Source of the DNA: an uncultured delta proteobacterium
GTDB lineage: Bacteria; Myxococcota; UBA727; VGSZ01
Direction: 5' to 3'
Length of the DNA: 64,000 nucleotides
Assembly: GCA_963775425.1 (NCBI GenBank)
Contig: CAVZJB010000009.1
Coordinates: forward strand, 16,616-80,615
In this document: positions 61,741 through 64,000 of the stretch, in pieces
Position numbering within the stretch: the stretch's first letter is position 1
Layout of the letters: every line of letters starts with the position of its first letter
Notes under the pieces: generated by a model
What the model was told of the DNA's origin: nothing
Database searches by the model: none
Seen by the model: only the letters and a program-made list of their open reading frames with translations
Translations under genes and position numbers: made by a program

Positions 61741-62568
61741 AAGGCTGACGAAAAACAAGGCTCGTAGCAGCACTCGGCGAAGCCGCCCACAAGGTGGCTC
61801 GCCGCGCAGAGTACGTGGCGAGGCACGTCGGCGCGCAAGAACCGCTGCAGGTTGTGAGGAAACGGCGGGTCCGAGCGGTGTTGTGATCCCGCTAGCAGCG
61901 CACGTGGCTGGGTACTCCGCTGGCCGGAGCTGACGATCGCTCATCAGCCCGCGAACGTCGTACAGGGTTCGTGCGGGATCGCCGGCCCCGCGCGGCCGAG
62001 GTGGCGGGATCTCCCGGGCGCTCCCGATCCCTTGGCCTATCGCGTACAGCGTCAGGAGCATCCGCGGGCTCGTAATCGCCAAACTGCACGGCCTTGGCGC
62101 TCGCTGTGAACCCGTCGAATTCGAGCCCCACCGAGCACACGGTCGATCAGGCGAGCCGGGTGCTCGGGGCCGATGAGGTCGTCCACGGCCTGGGTCTTCA
62201 GCTCAACCTGTCGCCGTCAGGTTCCTGGATTCGCGCGCGGCGCTTGAGCTTCACCATGCAAGGTGGATCAGCTCGAGCCGCACTTTTGGCGCGCGAATCT
62301 CGGTGAGTTGCGAGTGCTTGGGCGCTCGGAATCAGCGAAGGCTAGACAACGTCGCCACCGCCGGAGCTCCTTTCCGCTCCGCCGTGTGGCCATAGCACCG
62401 TCCCCTTCCGGGTGGCTCGGATCAACGGTCCATCGGGCCAGCTCGCGGCGCTCTACGCGTCAGCCTCAGAGCTGAGCGGCGTGACGACATTCACGGTGGC
62501 CTTTCTCGCGTCGGGGCGACGGCCAGGCCGTCCCGCGCGCGTTTCCGATGGATCAGCCCCGGTGCCTG

Positions 62569-63789
62569 CTACACCGACGCCACCAGCCGGCGCGCCGCCG
62601 CCGTGGCGCCGTCGCCGGCATCGCGGAGCTGCTGTGCGTGCTTGCGCGCGCGCGGCGCGACGGCGGGCGCGAGCGCCTCCCGCAGCGCCGCCGCCAGCGC
62701 CGCCGTCGTGAGCGCGCCGTCGACGGCCGCGCCGATGCCCACCGCGCGGACGCGGCTCGCCCAGAAGAACTGGTCGCTGAACATCGGCACCACCACCTGC
62801 GGCACCCCCGCGCGCGCGGCGGCGGCGGTGGTGCCCGCGCCGCCGTGGTGCACCGCCGCCGCCAGGCGCGGAAACAGCGCCTGCTGGTTGACGTCGCCGA
62901 CTGCGATGCAGTCGGGCGCGTCGTCGATGACGTCGAGCTCCGCCCACCCCTTGGACACGATCGCCCGGCGCCCCACCGCGCGTGCGGCGTCGACGAGGAC
63001 GCGGCTCGCCCCTACGGGCGCCGGCATGCTGCCGAAGCCGAGGTAGACCGGCGCGTCCCCGGCCTCGAGAAACGCCGTGACCTCGGAGGGAAGGGGCGCG
63101 CTGTCCTCGAGGATCCACGCGCCCGTCTCGAAGACCGTCATGCCCGGCGTCGACGGCACCGGCGCGAGCGCGGCGTCGGTGGCGAGCCAGGGGCTCCCGG
63201 TGATGTTGAAGCGGAGCACGTCGTCGATGGGCGTCAGGCCGAGCCGCGCGCGGTTGTGGTTGACGCGCTCGAGGGCGCGGGCGTTCCAGGCCTGCACGTT
63301 CGCCGCCCAGCGCTCGAGGTTGTGCGCCGGATCTCCGCCGGGCTCCCACGCCTGGCCCGGCGCCGGCGGCGGCGCGTGATCGGGGGACGGGATCGCCACC
63401 GGCGCGTAGAGGGCGTTGACGTACCGGACGCCGCGAAGCTCGGCGATCGAGCGCGCGGCGTACTGGTGCGCGTTTGCGCCGAGGATGACGTCGCAGCCCT
63501 CGGCGGCCGCGCCGACTTTGTCGAATTGGTCGGTAATCAGGTCCGGCATCGATTCGCGCATCAATCGAATCTGCTCAGGCGTGAGCGGCGCCGCCGAAGC
63601 GCCGCGGGCGGGCGCGCGCATGGCCACGCCGACGGGAGCCGCCTCGAGCTCGAGCCCCGTGGCCCACTCGACGAAGTTCGGCGGGACGCAAAGCCGGACG
63701 TCGTGACCGAGCTCCCGCAGCCGCAGGGCCAGCGCCACCACGGGCTGCACGTCTCCACGAGTTCCAACCGCCGACAACAAAGCGCGCAT
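62569..63789 (-). CDS. GT1-family glycosyltransferase (MGT/UDP-glycosyltransferase type)
   Basis: MRALLSAVGTRGDVQPVVALALRLRELGHDV…, C-terminal …HHGGAGTTAAAARAGVPQVVVPMFSDQFFWA…; SD GGAGGAA. Confidence 0.8.
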   Translation of the reverse strand: MRALLSAVGTRGDVQPVVALALRLRELGHDVRLCVPPNFVEWATGLELEAAPVGVAMRAPARGASAAPLTPEQIRLMRESMPDLITDQFDKVGAAAEGCDVILGANAHQYAARSIAELRGVRYVNALYAPVAIPSPDHAPPPAPGQAWEPGGDPAHNLERWAANVQAWNARALERVNHNRARLGLTPIDDVLRFNITGSPWLATDAALAPVPSTPGMTVFETGAWILEDSAPLPSEVTAFLEAGDAPVYLGFGSMPAPVGASRVLVDAARAVGRRAIVSKGWAELDVIDDAPDCIAVGDVNQQALFPRLAAAVHHGGAGTTAAAARAGVPQVVVPMFSDQFFWASRVRAVGIGAAVDGALTTAALAAALREALAPAVAPRARKHAQQLRDAGDGATAAARRLVASV

Positions 63790-64000
63790 GGGTTCCTCCG
63801 CTCGGGTGAGCGGGAGAGAATATGCATTGTCGACGAGAATCACCACGAATCGCTCGAGCGCGATTCATTGAATCCACGAGGATTGTCGCACGCCGCGGAC
63901 CGCGTGGTCAAGCGCGCGCATCAGCGCACGCGCGAGAACGGGTTGAACGGCGCGGGCGCCGGCGCGCCGCGGGCGGCGCGGGCGCGGGCGTCGAGGACGG

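Noticed and set aside
55210-62082. 2290-aa ORF on the minus strand
   Set aside because: It is antisense to priA and to the 1293-aa coiled-coil gene, with L/R/A/G-rich low-complexity translation and no motifs; a typical stop-free antisense frame in high-GC DNA.
62453-63349. 298-aa minus ORF overlapping the glycosyltransferase
   Set aside because: Alternative frame of the GT1 gene with R/A/G low-complexity translation.

Overview
This is a high-GC (roughly 68-72%) bacterial chromosome segment with a Myxococcota-like gene repertoire. Coordinates of 1..~50.2 kb look like a composite integrative defence/mobile island, and ~50.2-64 kb look like ordinary core genes.

From left to right the island carries:
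- a fused JAB/MPN(JAMM)-E1(ThiF) ubiquitin-like-system enzyme at the window edge;
- a HigB-like toxin translationally coupled to an HTH-XRE/ImmA-IrrE metallopeptidase;
- an ASCH...HEPN (Rx4H) gene split cleanly by an IS66 element (tnpA/tnpB/tnpC, imperfect TIRs, 7-8 bp flanking repeat; removing the IS restores one reading frame);
- a compact TniA/TniB transposase module with two small accessory ORFs;
- one long plus-strand operon: tandem-FHA protein, AddB-like PD-(D/E)xK/Fe-S nuclease, AddA-like UvrD helicase-nuclease, then a complete type-1 BREX set (brxA, brxB, brxC, pglX, pglZ, brxL), a BrxU/GmrSD-like type IV restriction enzyme (DUF262+DUF1524) and a CARF-wHTH (Csa3-like) protein;
- a dual-specificity-phosphatase-like gene truncated by an IS21 element (istA/istB);
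- a plasmid/ICE-like module (ParB-like nuclease-domain protein, Cys-rich proteins, DUF736-like tandem protein, ParB, M23 lipoprotein peptidase, excisionase-like HTH, P4-type tyrosine integrase) ending at tRNA-Pro(UGG).

Right of the tRNA are an ECF sigma/zinc anti-sigma pair, an FHA-FHA membrane protein, a TPR protein, a PEGA lipoprotein, PriA, a receiver/coiled-coil/DUF4388/J-like 1293-aa protein with E/A/R tandem repeats, and a GT1 glycosyltransferase.

Many genes carry single-base frameshifts at short G/C runs (pglX at least 5; pglZ, brxL, the addA-like gene, istB, the FHA-TM gene, probably the ParB-like gene). These are either assembly indel errors or, at least for pglX, genuine decay. No CRISPR array and no rRNA were seen. 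Coordinates I derived by hand may be off by 1-3 nt.
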